From contig NC_134478.1 in assembly GCF_964194025.1 (NCBI RefSeq), positions 55,428,001 to 55,492,000 of the forward strand: a stretch of DNA of 64,000 nt, written 5' to 3'. Below are positions 11,907-22,946 of this stretch, one piece after another (position 1 is the first letter of the stretch; each line of letters begins with the position of its first letter). Origin of the DNA: Convolutriloba macropyga (Eukaryota). The notes beneath the pieces are model-generated. The model worked only from the letters and a program-made list of their open reading frames with translations. It did not search any database and was not told the DNA's origin. A program made the translations under genes and the position numbers.

Positions 11907-14900
11907 ATGATATCGTGCAACTTCTGCGATGAAACGTTCCACAGCAGAAAAGATCTTGCTCTGCATAGACAGCAAAAGCATTCTAATCTACGGGAAAACA
12001 ACTTCAATTGTGGGCACTGTCAGGTAGTTTTCACGTTGTCCAAAAACTTGGTGCGTCATTTCCGAGGACTCTCCGCTGCAACACTTGTCAAGCTTTCTTT
12101 GGGAGTGAGGAGTCTTGGAAGGGACACTGTAGATCACAACATTCTGTTCTTCCTGGCGTTGAGCTGGCGCAGCCATCCACAAGTACGGCTGAGCAGTTTG
12201 AGTTGGAGAGGGAGAGAAAGGCAGTGAATGGACATTTTCAATCCTATCGTCTCAAAATTGTTGGTGACCAAATTTTTGATCCTTTTGAGTTTCTAGTAAC
12301 AAACGAGATGGCAATTAGAGATTTTATTACAAACCGTTTGGCAGAAATAGTTACTGCAAAGGTAGGATTGTGTAAAGAAGTGAAAATTACAAAACCTTTG
12401 CTCGAAGAAAGCACATCGTTTTTTCACAGTCCTCTGGAGAGTGTGACCACTTGCTTCACATCAGATGAATATTTTGCTCACGTTGATAAATTGCTCACGA
12501 AAATTAATGTTTTTTGCACTGCAGGCAGCGGATGGGTTATTGACAGGTTAAACATGGTTGAACTCAAGTTATCAAAATATTTTCCACCTCGTGCTGGGTC
12601 GTATATTCCAACGCCTACTATTTCAGAGAATCAGCGCAAGTCATTGCACAATATTAAAAAATTGTGGGATAATTTGTGTTTTATCTAATCTATTCTCGCG
12701 TGTCCTTTTCGTGTTAGGCAGAATCAAGAGCGACCACAAAGTTGGAAAAATAATTCGAGTTTTCTCATATATAATCCTAGAAAAATGCCAATGGCCCTGT
12801 CCGATATTCCCAAATTTGAAAGAGATAATCATCCAAAACAAACGTTTATGCTTTAGAAAAACGAAACATTTTCCCGGTTTATTTATCTAAGTATACTGGC
12901 GTTGCTCGTAGAATTCATCTTTTGCTTTTTTTCGGACGAAGAAAGCTGGCATTATTGTGTAATTAAAAACTTAGACCGTGTGCACAAAACTCTTCTACGA
13001 ACAACGGACACCGCGAACTCTAAAAACAACGAGCGAAAGTTTTGCGAAATTTGTTTACAATGTGTTGCACGTGACAAGTTTTCACTTCACAAGTCCTTCT
13101 TTGCAACCGCAGATTATTGAAATGGCTGCTAAAGGAATCACGCTTGCTTTCCAGAACGGCACTTCACAAGTCCTTCTTTGCAACCGCAGATTATTGAAAT
13201 GCCTGCTAAAGGAATCACGCTTGCTTTCCAGAACGGCATAAAACATTTAAATGTCCGTTCGTAGTTTATGCTGACTTAGAAGCTTTTGACGTTAAAACTG
13301 AAGATTTTGATTTGGCTGCAGAACAAATGCAAAGCGGTTTAAATAGCGGTGGTCCCTCCACAACAGTAATCGAAAATCAGTACCCGTGCAGCTTCGGTGT
13401 TGTTCTCGTTAAGGTGCGCCTTGGACATGTAAAAATGGATAAGTTTGTTTATCGTCGGGATGACTGCATTGCTGTATTAATGAACACCTTAAGATCGTGG
13501 GTGAGATGGGCCGACACGGAACGTCAACGATATCGATTTTTACAAATGTCAAAAACTCGTAAGCAAGAACTGTTACAGAATTGGATGGAACCTTGCTGTA
13601 TTTGTCATTAAATTTTTTTCTGGAGAGCTGCGTGACAGTTCCGAAGAAAAAGTTGTGCACCACTGTCATGTTACAGGAAAAATTTTTGGTGTTGCACACA
13701 ACTCCTGTAACATAAAAGTGACAGTCGGATCTTTCCTTCCTGTCTTTTTTCATAAGCTTTCTCGTTATGATGCACATCATATTGTGAAGTACCTGAAGTT
13801 GGAAGATAACGAACAACTTTCAGCCATCTCCCGGACCGAAGAGACGTTCATATCTTTTTCAGTTCACATTCCTGTCCATTCCTACATCAACAAGGCCGGA
13901 GTTGACAAAACAGTTCGTCACGAAATTCGATTTCCAGATAGTATCAACTTCATGGCTTCTAGCCTTGACGCTCTTGCAAAAACTCTCGAAGATTCTGACT
14001 TGAAGCTTCTTCGCCATCATTTTCAACATTTTAAGGGCAACGAACTCAAAAAAATTAGAGCCAAGGGCATCTTCCCCTACTCGTTTTTGGATTCAAAAGA
14101 GAAATTTCAAGCTGCTCTACCGGAATACGGTGAGGAGTGGAGAAACACGTTAACTGGAAAAATTGACGTTACTCCCGAAATGTATTCGCAAGCAGTTGAA
14201 ATGTATCAGCTGCTGGAATGCCGCAATTTCGGGGATTAGCATGACGTTTATTTACAAAAAGATGTTTATTTGTTGGCTATGTTTACGAGTTCTTCCGAAC
14301 TGTGTGTATTTCAGTGTATCGCTTAGATCCCGCGTATTTTTACAGTGCTCCAAATTTGAGTTGGGTTGCTATGCTGGTAACAACAGAGGTACAATTAAGT
14401 TTAGTCAATGATATTGATATGGTTCTTTTTTGCGAGAAGGCTATTCGTGGTGGGCTTAACGGCGTTGGTGCTCTTCGGCATTTCAAAGCCAACAATAAAT
14501 ATTTGCGCACCTACAACCCTGACCAAGTGTCAGTTTATGGTGCATTCTTTGACGTCACCTCTCTTTACGCGGGAATTATGATGAAAAAGTTACCAAAGGA
14601 TGGCTATCAGTGGTTAGAGTGTAGTTCTGTAGAGAAGTTGTTCTCTAAATATGAAGCTGAAAATAATGTTGGCTTTTTTGTTGAAGTTGATATAACCTAC
14701 CCTCCTGCTATTCATGATAAACATTACGATTTTCCTCTTGCGCCAGAAAACTTTTCATCAAAGATGATTGGCTCTCACCGTAAAGCAAAAAGATTGCGGG
14801 AAATCGTGCGCCTGTACCAAAGTTAGTTGAGACTCTTTTTGATAAACGAGGCTACATTTGTCATATTGAGAACTTGAAGTTTTATTGCAGCAAAGGTCTC

Positions 14901-15922
14901 AAGGTTACTGCGCTTCATCGTGTACTTCAGTTCAATGAGTCGAATTGGCTGTCATCCTACATTGAGAAAAACACTGAAATTCGAAAAAAGCAGCTACACC
15001 TTTCGAAAACGTGTTTCGGAAAAACGATGGAAAGTAAACGTAACAGAAGAATTCCGTTTCAGAAGAATTCCAGGCCGAGAAACTTACTGCTAAGCCTACC
15101 TTCAAATCTTTTCGAATCATTAATGAGCACCAGTGTTCTGTATACTCTTCTATTCCAAAATTTAAATGGGACAAACCCACCCCTGTGGGTGCCGCAATTC
15201 TTGATTTATCTAAGTTGGCTTTATATCATTTTCATTATGAAATGAAACCTCGTTATGGTGAAAAAATTTGTGTTACGTACAAAGATAATGATTCCTTGTT
15301 GTACCGTATTAAAACTGACGACCTGTATGAAGACATTCAACATTTCAAACACTTATTGGACCTTAGTGATTACCCGCCTTTACACCTACTTTATGATCCG
15401 GTTAACAAAAAGGTTCCTCTGGCCATGACTGACGAATTAAACGGAGAAACTTTGCAGGAATGTGTTGTACTCCGATCAACAAAGTACAGCATTCAATTTC
15501 AAAGTGGGACCAAGCAAAGCGCTAAAGGGGTGCAAAAGTGCGTAAAGAAAACACTTCATCACGACAAATATTTAGGATGTCTTGAATAGGGAAAGAGCAC
15601 TAGCGCAGCAGTGACAAGAATTCACTCCGATAACCATCAGATAAAAGTTTCGACAAAGAATAAAATTGCTCTCAGTTGTTTTGATGACAAGCGATATATT
15701 GAGTTAAATGGTATCAAAACACTTCCTCGTGGACATTATAGTTTACAGCAAGTGCCACCGGCCGATGAAAATGTTGTTTCGGAGCATGAGTTAGTGAGCA
15801 GTGACAGTGAGAGCAAAAAAAGTGATATGCAAGACGAAGGCGAACCTCCTATTTTTGAAATTTTACAAAACAAACAGATTAGTCCAGCTATTTCTACGGC
15901 TGACACTTTCGGCTATTTCTAA
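11907..15922 (+). pseudogene. Protein-primed family B DNA polymerase (pPolB) with N-terminal C2H2 zinc fingers, frameshifted
   Basis: Motifs occur in order across ORF fragments: 3 C2H2 fingers; GSGW/GSYIPTP/DNLCF; VYADLE (ExoI); HCHVTG..GVAHNSCN (EndoVII-like Zn module); FHKLSRYDAH (ExoII); KGIFPY; IRGG; FDVTSLY (motif A); FGKTME (motif B); YKDNDS (degenerate YxDTDS, motif C); KYS/KGV. A 77-bp tandem duplication lies at 13083-13236. Confidence 0.93.
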
Positions 15923-15941
15923 TTTTTTTGTGTGTTTCCAG

Positions 15942-16291
15942 GTTCCGATTTTGACACAATTTTTCTTGTTTCAGCACCTCCTGATCCAGGTTTTATGTAC
16001 CGAGAAATTGAGGACAATGGGCCAGTTGTTAATTGGAGTGACTTGAGTGATCTGGAAGAGGAAGCTTCTGAATTGGACGACCTATCTGGTAATCCGTTCA
16101 TAGATAATGAGGCCAGAGAATGCAGTGCCTCGGAAAACGAAGTTCACATTGAAGAAGCGCTAGATTTTGGCTCCAATTTAAATACAATTGTCGCTACTAA
16201 TAGTACTACTAACACTTCCAAAAAGAATTCTTATACTAATTATGAAAGCAGCGATAGTGATCAACCTCTGCCGAAATATAGGAGACGGTAA
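15942..16291 (+). CDS. Acidic ORF/exon downstream of pPolB (possible spliced C-terminal tail)
   Basis: D/E/S-rich segment with NPFIDNEA and a basic end (PKYRRR), preceded by branch-like CTAAT, a T-tract and CAG. Confidence 0.5.
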
Positions 16292-16521
16292 AATTTTCTG
16301 GCCATAGACTCCGACTCTTAGATTAAATGATTGGAAGGAATAATCACGTGCTCAATATAACCAAATTTATTCAGTTGGTTGTTTTGATCTTTCTGTCTGC
16401 CTCTTTAGCATTAGAAAAACCACAAAAAAGCTTGCAGTTGTAAAATTCTATGGCTAAATAATATTAAACACGTAACTGGTTTTCAGCTTTATATTGAAAA
16501 ATTGAATCAAATTTATCTCAT

Positions 16522-17062
16522 TCATTCTTCCAAAATTTTCACAGTTGTAAGAAATTCAATTTTCAGTTGTTTCATAGTCTCCATTCTGGTCTTCATTGAG
16601 AAAAATATGTTCAAAGATAAATGATAAATGTTTGATATTAAGTCAAGGGCTGTATAGATAGTAGAGTCCACACAGGTTTGACGACTTAGACTGAATAGGC
16701 GGCGATTAAACAACTGAATGCACCTCGTGAGAGTGCCTATCAGAGTAGAGTTTAGCAAGTCGTCTGTACAGATGATCAAAATAACTGATTGATAACTGAT
16801 TGATATATCAAGACTATTCCATATCACTATGTTTGTGAACCGGACTGGCTCCTTTGCGTTTGCACTGAAAAGTAATGGGAAGGAAATATTAAGTATCCTC
16901 TGCGTTCCAGGAAGTTTTTTTGGGTGAGGTATTGACTATCTGAAAACGGATTTTGCCTCTTTGATTAATTCGAGGAAAGTTATCAGCTGACCACACTCCT
17001 CCAAACGCGAACTTTAAATTACTGAATTGTTGACAGACTCTTTCTATGGTGCTATTATCCAT
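16522..17062 (-). pseudogene. Adenain-like cysteine (maturation) protease
   Basis: FGGVWSADNFP...IVNTSP, a degenerate PGTHW (reads PGTQR), and IQSKSSNLCGLY (Q...catalytic C) in a shifted frame near 16660-16700. Confidence 0.8.
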
Positions 17063-18390
17063 GTAATAGTGTTTGATTTTTTGCAATATTTCGACTACTA
17101 TCTATGAAAACTTGACTGCAGCGCTCTCCGATTAGAAAGATTTCAACTGCTTCCGGCAGGGCTTTTGAGAATAATAATTTTAAAGTAATCGGGGCTCCTG
17201 TAAGTTCGGGGAACAAGGTCAAGTTTTTCGATGCTTCCTGCGAGGAGGTCAAATCAAAGGTGTGGACATTTATTTTTGAAGCCGTCAAGACTTATTTTGT
17301 TTCCCCCGTTTTTGAAACCCAATGCTGTCATCGTGTTATAAGACAGACGAGTATTGTCTTCTGTATCAATTGGCGTCCCTGCAATTGGCAACCCGTTACC
17401 TCGAACTATTTCAATACGCTTGAGGTCAAATTTTTGGTAGTCAAAGGGGTTTGTGCTGTATGTTCCCCTGAATTGGGCGTTAGGGACCATACCTAGGGTC
17501 AAACGTCTGATGGGTTCTGTTCCGAAAATCGACTCCTTAATGAATGAGTTTTGCCCGGCCTGAATAATAAAACTTTTACAAAGGGATTCAATGTAGCGGT
17601 ATCGAGCTGGCGCTTTGGTGAGTGCGCGCTCAATTGCAAGACGTACTGACTCCGTCAGTGTTATTTTTCTTACAAAAAGACGCTTTTTCTATTATTGCTG
17701 CGTACATTTTATTGTCTTGTGCAATTAAGCTGAACTCGTTGCTAGCACGGTAATGTTTAATGCGGAGCTCTACCTCGGGTATGAGTAATTTTTCATATGT
17801 GAAAAAATCAACATACAGTGCGCCATATAAATCCGTCGTGTAGTTTTTATTTAATGTTTTTTTCAACCTATCCGTAAACCATCTGCCTTTGTCTACGTCT
17901 GCTATAGCTGAAACGAATTCGTAACCTTGACAAATAGTCCACGAGTCTTTACTGTCACTGTTTGTTGTTAGCTCTGTCTCTAGAAATGCTCGGTGATGAT
18001 ATGTATTGTTACTGTCGGCAACCAAAATTCCGTTTAGAAAAATGTCAAATTGAGAGAACAAGCTGTGAAGTGTGTTGTTGGTAAAAACAACAGGTTCACC
18101 GTCACTGTAGTCAATTTTTTCCTGTTCATTTGGCTTGTGAATTGCTGCTTGAACAGCTAAATGAATATAGCTCATGTCAATGCAGTTTCTCTGGTCACCA
18201 CTGATTACAAAGTCTAATGTTGGTCCCCTTGGGCCGATTTGGGTGAAGACTTCTTGGTCATGGCCACTCTCGTAATTGATCAATACGCTCGGTTTTTCAA
18301 AAAAATATATAAAGCTGTGTGTGTAACCGGGTTTGCAATGTCGTCTGCCAGGCTTTTGAATTCCAAATTCAAATTGGACTGTATCGCCAT
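17055..18390 (-). pseudogene. Major capsid protein (double jelly-roll, Polinton/adintovirus hexon-like)
   Basis: FFEKP..., NNTLHSLFSQFDIFLNG, YHHRAFLETEL, KLLIPEVELRIK, ARYRY, NPFDYQKFDL, FDLT...; frameshifted across ORFs 17630-18442, 17254-17502 and 17055-17288. Confidence 0.88.
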
Positions 18391-18522
18391 TTTGCTGGCG
18401 TGGTTGGATGAGGATAACTGCTAATGATAATACAACTTCCACTACTATTACTACTACTACTTATAATAAAACTAATGATGATCTTGATTATGATGTTGGT
18501 TGGTTGGTTGATGATTAGCTAG

Positions 18523-19030
18523 CTAGCTATCTAGCCTGCTAATAGTATTTGATGTTTGAAAAAACTTCGGACCGACTGTGTTTCGTTGGCTGTTTTGTAG
18601 AAGTGACGCTTGAAGCTGCGTTCTTCCGTTTTCTGCTGCCAGCGGTTCCTGCTGGTGCTGATAACGCTTTTTCGTCGTGACTTTTTTCCACCGATCCCAA
18701 CCGGGGGAGGGCCACCCGCTCGGGCGGAACGGGTCGCTTTTTTTGCGCAAGTCGCCCCCGCTGCGGTCCGCGAACCCGGCGCGCCGCCCCGGCGGCTTAT
18801 TGGACGGTTGTGCAAAGAGACTTTCAGAGATTGACTTTTTCACTGAGTCCTTAGCAACTGTTTTAATTTTCTCTTTTCCTGCAATGACCTGTCCAATTTC
18901 TGGTATTGCTGCTGTCACTAAGTTTTTTCCCAATTTTTTAGCCAATGGCAAAGCATACTTTTTCAACAATGGTAGAGCACATCTCCCAACTCGTACCGCA
19001 AGTGCTCCAAGCCCTCCGCTATGAAGCCGG
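18523..19030 (-). pseudogene. Basic/amphipathic virion core-like protein upstream of the major capsid gene
   Basis: SGGLGALAVRVGRCALPLLKKYALPLAKKLGKNLV (amphipathic helix), then a GC-rich R/G/A/K-rich tail. Position and pattern resemble small basic proteins beside capsid genes in Polintons. Confidence 0.55.
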
Positions 19031-19616
19031 CTTCCTCATCCTGATTCTTTTCGTTGCTTCTATCCCTCTTTGCTGCTGCTGGTCGTATACGTAACAGTTG
19101 GCTATGTCTAGTGACTGACCACTCGATAGGCCATGTCTGTTGTTTTCTGGAATTGTAGACTCTTTCGCATATCTTTTCCAGGACTTGATCTGCTGATTGA
19201 TAAACACCTTGGGGAATGCTATTTTTTTCGGTGGGGGCTCCTCCTCATCTACTCTTGTCCATATTGGTTTTCGTTTTCTTCGTGGAATTGGTACGAATTC
19301 TTCCTTGTTTATCGCCGGTTGAATTGGAGCTTCAAGTTCACCCGCATTTGCTGCTGCTTCCTCATCTTCCTCTTCTTCATCAGTTTCAGTCTCTTCGTTT
19401 TGGGCACAGTTTATTTCAACAATACCCCTTGTGACATTTTTGACATTTGATGGCAATGATATTTTCAATAGGGCAACTTGCCACAAACCTTTCGATTTGT
19501 TCAGATCTATGACTCTTGGTAGCGAATTCGAAAATGTTGCGAGGGTATTGTTGGGAAAAGATTCAGTTGAGGAATTGGAAATAAGGTTCACGGTAAGTGC
19601 TTGCAGGTGATTTCAT
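19019..19616 (-). pseudogene. Minor capsid protein (penton-like), N-terminal part only
   Basis: LISNSSTESFPNNTLATFSNSLP..IDL....WQVALLKISLP is the typical N-terminus of the Polinton minor capsid. It is followed by an acidic insert; no C-terminal half is recognisable. Confidence 0.75.
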
Positions 19617-20822
19617 TCTTCTAGGAATTTAACAAGCTCAGACTCATAAAATCTCCCGCTTATCTCTTCATTTGAGTCATTAGATACAATTCAATAGGTA
19701 GGGGGATCTATTGTTAAAACTTCTGTTAATCGAAAAACTTCGTGGCTCAACTGTATTTCGTATCCACGATGGAAGGTTTCAATTTTCCTTCGAATGCGTA
19801 CTGTATCGCCTGTTTTAAATTTGCTTTCTGGAGCCTACCGTTTAGGTTTAATGAAACAAGACAACTGGTGTGTTTGTTTAATATTCTTCGGTGCTAGACC
19901 GATTAATCGATTCACAGTCAACGTACTTTGTGGTGAAAGTGACACCACAAAGTACAAGTTGGTCAACGTACTTTGTGGTGTCACTTTCGTTCATGTACTT
20001 GTAAATAAGACACTTTAGAGATCGAATGTTTCGCTCTGCGAATGCGCTATTTTTCTCGTTGTGAGTCTGATAAACAAAAATTTAGTTTGCTTCACAAAAG
20101 TTTTCGAATGCTCCAATAAATTCTTTTCCGTCGTCAACCCATACGCTTTCAGGAAATATTTTCTTTCCTAATTTCAGCACTCTGGAAAGCTTTTTTGATG
20201 TTGATGCGTTTTTATCCCTTATTGGTTCAACTCTCAGATAGCAACTCAATGTGTCCACAGCTACAAGCAAAAATCTAACGTTTTTATTTTCGTTGGCAGT
20301 TGACTGCATATCTGCTAGATCTATAGACCAGATGTTGTTTATTGTGTATGACTGCACTTTGAGACGCAGAAAGTGCTGCCTGGCTTGTTCAAATTTTGTA
20401 AAAGTGGAATTTGTTGCAAAGTAGTTTTCAACTGTTGACCTTCGGATGCCTGTCTCCTTGGCCAAGCGATCAACGCTGCCGTATGAACTGGGAAACCCAA
20501 TACGTGTGTAAAACTTCTGAGATTTTCTAAAGTCGGGGTTTTCTGTAAGCGCCGACGATACTATTCTCTCGCTTTTGCAATTAATGCAAGTGAATGTGAT
20601 TTTATAAAATTCAGAGGCATTTGCAAGTCCGCTGCATTGAAAGTGTACCCAACCACATATTGTGCAATAGAATAGAGGCTTCGATCTTGTACTTTTTCCA
20701 AAAAACTATTTCCATGATCCGCATTTTAGTTTCTCTTTGGAAGGTCCTGGGTGCCTTTCAATTCCGGCTTTTAAAAAAAGAAATCTTACAATAGTTGAAT
20801 GGGCAAAGGTTTTTGAAATTAT
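19613..20822 (-). pseudogene. Retroviral-type (rve, DDE) integrase with N-terminal 2A-like peptide and PHD finger
   Basis: WSIDLADM, LLVAVDTLS, WVDDGKEF, AERNIRSL, FKTGDTVRI, GRFYESELVKF*. The same frame extends upstream through a C4HC3-like finger to AGIERHPGP, with a single TAG at 20706-20708. Confidence 0.9.
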
Positions 20823-21430
20823 TTAAAACATCGAAAGCCATGGGAACTGCTGACTTCTGGTGTTAGAATGTTGTTGGGGTGCGCACGACGCCGCATGTTT
20901 TGCGCTCTTGATTCCGACAAAGTGACTACCTATTTTCAGTTCCTTAAAAATATGGAGATCAGCCGAGGATATTTTCTTCGTCGGAAGCTGCAGGTTTATC
21001 AAAAATTTGATTAACTCTGATGTTGAAGCGCTCCCGTCGGAGTTACCATGCAGCTTTACAGTGGTACCGTCTATGCTTATTAGTCTTGACTCATTTAGAA
21101 GTTTGATTATTGTCTTGCTGCGTTCAATTTTTCCTCCGCTCAAGCCTGATTTTGTTAGCTCATCAATAACACACTCAACTGGTTCTGTGGTTAATTGCGA
21201 AGCTTCTTGGGACGATTTTCTCTTTTCGTCTTCTCTCTCTGATTCCGTATCTACTGACTTTGAGTTCAATGCTGATGCGATGCTCAATTGAGCTAAAGTC
21301 TCGCTTTCCCCTAGACTTTTGATCTGTAGAATTGCTTGTTCTGTACCTTCTTCTCTGGGCGGTTGCTAAAATGCGGCGGTAGTAAGTTGTTTGTAAGTAT
21401 CTACTGAAATTCGACGGCTGCTGACTGTGT
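20823..21430 (-). pseudogene. Polinton conserved ORF of unknown function
   Basis: 154-aa open segment ending PWLSMF*, with an interrupted upstream extension; lies in the structural module between the ATPase and integrase. Confidence 0.5.
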
Positions 21431-21756
21431 CACATTGTAGACTTGAAGTATTTTTGAATCGGGTCGTTAATCATTTTTAGTAGTCTGATTCCTTTGTCTG
21501 TTGACAGCAGTTTCCGCTTGCTGTTAATTTTCACACGTCTGTCACACAAAATGGAAATAATTCTTTCGAAGGTTTTAATTTTATTGATTGCTTGGTTGTC
21601 AAGGTTTAGAGAAACTGTTCCTTTAATGATGTTAAATACGCAGTCAAGAATGAATTTAACAAACGTCTCGGACCAGTGGAGGACAAATTTTTGCAGTAAT
21701 GGTTTAAAAGTTATAAAGAGATCTAAAGTGCTCAGATGTTGTGAAGGATTCATCAA
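21430..21756 (-). CDS. Small basic Polinton protein downstream of the ATPase
   Basis: ILDCVFNIIKGTVSL...LCDRRVKINSKRKLL...KG pattern, recalled from small ORFs next to the ATPase in Polintons; intact 108 aa. Confidence 0.6.
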   Translation of the reverse strand: MMNPSQHLSTLDLFITFKPLLQKFVLHWSETFVKFILDCVFNIIKGTVSLNLDNQAINKIKTFERIISILCDRRVKINSKRKLLSTDKGIRLLKMINDPIQKYFKSTM

Positions 21757-22406
21757 GTTTGATTATGTTCTGCGGTGTGCTCGAGCAATAAAAAATGGTA
21801 ACGTCGTTGTTGATCTGTGAACATAAACGCAGCTTCTCATCACATCGAGGATCTAAATCAATCAACAGGTGACCAATTAGTTTTGAGGTTGCCGATTTAT
21901 ATACTGCTAGTAAAAGAGAACGGCAACCCAACTGCCTCCCTAGGCAATCAATTTGAACAATGTCGCGGGGGTTTTTCATCAACAGCATTTGAGTGACATT
22001 TAAATCTATTGTTTTTGCATTTTGACCTTTTTGATAAAAATTGTGTTTCAAAATAATGGCGTGTTGGTTTTGATGTCTACCTGAGACAACAAGCTGAAGA
22101 AACTCTGCTTGATTGCATGCTTCATTATAAATATCATCAAAAATTAAAAGCTGCCTTTTTTGTGTTTCCGCGGGATTTAAGTTGTCTCCAATTCAATCCC
22201 TTAACAAAGGTGATTTTATCACTCTTTGATCGCAGTTCATCAGATAATGGCTGCCAATGCTGGTAAATATACAAAATTATATCAAATCTTGGTTGAAATA
22301 TTTTTTCATTAACTAATAGATCAGCAACTAACATTGATTTGCCGGAACCACTGGGTCCTACCATCATTCATCAACAAATCTGGCTCGTCGAGATTCTTTT
22401 AATCAT
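21704..22406 (-). pseudogene. A32/FtsK-like genome packaging ATPase
   Basis: Walker A GPSGSGKS, Walker B LLIFDD, SGRH motif, KNPRD...LGRQL and GHLLIDL; frameshifted. Confidence 0.9.
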
Positions 22407-22723
22407 TTTGGTGTTGGGATTATACAGCCCAAGCAAAAGGCCAAGACAGACCAGATATGAGGTTTGTTGTCACTATCATTATTAAAAACAAAAAAATAAA
22501 GGATACATGATACAATTGAACCAATGAGCACAAATAAATGTATAAGACAGAATACTAATGATCTTTCAACACTGCATCCAATCTTGAAAGGCGGTCGCTC
22601 TTGATCTTCTTTGTCAAAAACATTTTGTTTGCTAATTCGATCGAACAGTTCGGCGAATCTGCTATTATTAGTTTGTATTGCGGCCGGGCACTTTTGGTGG
22701 CCTTGACTTGTTAGCCTCCTCAT
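22403..22723 (-). CDS. Small two-TM membrane protein
   Basis: 106-aa ATG ORF with two C-terminal hydrophobic segments ending GCIIPTPK; its stop overlaps the ATPase ATG (ATGA). Confidence 0.6.
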   Translation of the reverse strand: MRRLTSQGHQKCPAAIQTNNSRFAELFDRISKQNVFDKEDQERPPFKIGCSVERSLVFCLIHLFVLIGSIVSCILYFFVFNNDSDNKPHIWSVLAFCLGCIIPTPK

Positions 22724-22766
22724 AAGCAGACAAAAAGTAGAGAGCTAATTTGGCCGCTTCGGAAAG

Positions 22767-22946
22767 TCATTGCAGCTCATCTAAAGTCAAATCTATTTCT
22801 GTTTGAACTAGTATGAATTTTTCATTCAATTTCTCCCAACATTGTTTCCTCAATACAATACTTGAGCTGTTGGTGTTTTGTATAACTTGAATAGCAGCTA
22901 ACTTTGAAATATGCAAAGTGAGTAGGTTTTGGTCATAAGTTGTCAT
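22767..22946 (-). CDS. Short accessory ORF, possibly PC4-like (not in the ORF track)
   Basis: Manual translation MTTYDQNLLTLHISKLAAIQVIQNTNSSSIVLRKQCWEKLNEKFILVQTEIDLTLDELQ*; the stop may be premature. Confidence 0.4.
   Translation of the reverse strand: MTTYDQNLLTLHISKLAAIQVIQNTNSSSIVLRKQCWEKLNEKFILVQTEIDLTLDELQ

Noticed and set aside
18610-19450. Plus-strand ORFs within the Polinton structural module
   Set aside because: Antisense shadows of GC-rich minus-strand genes.
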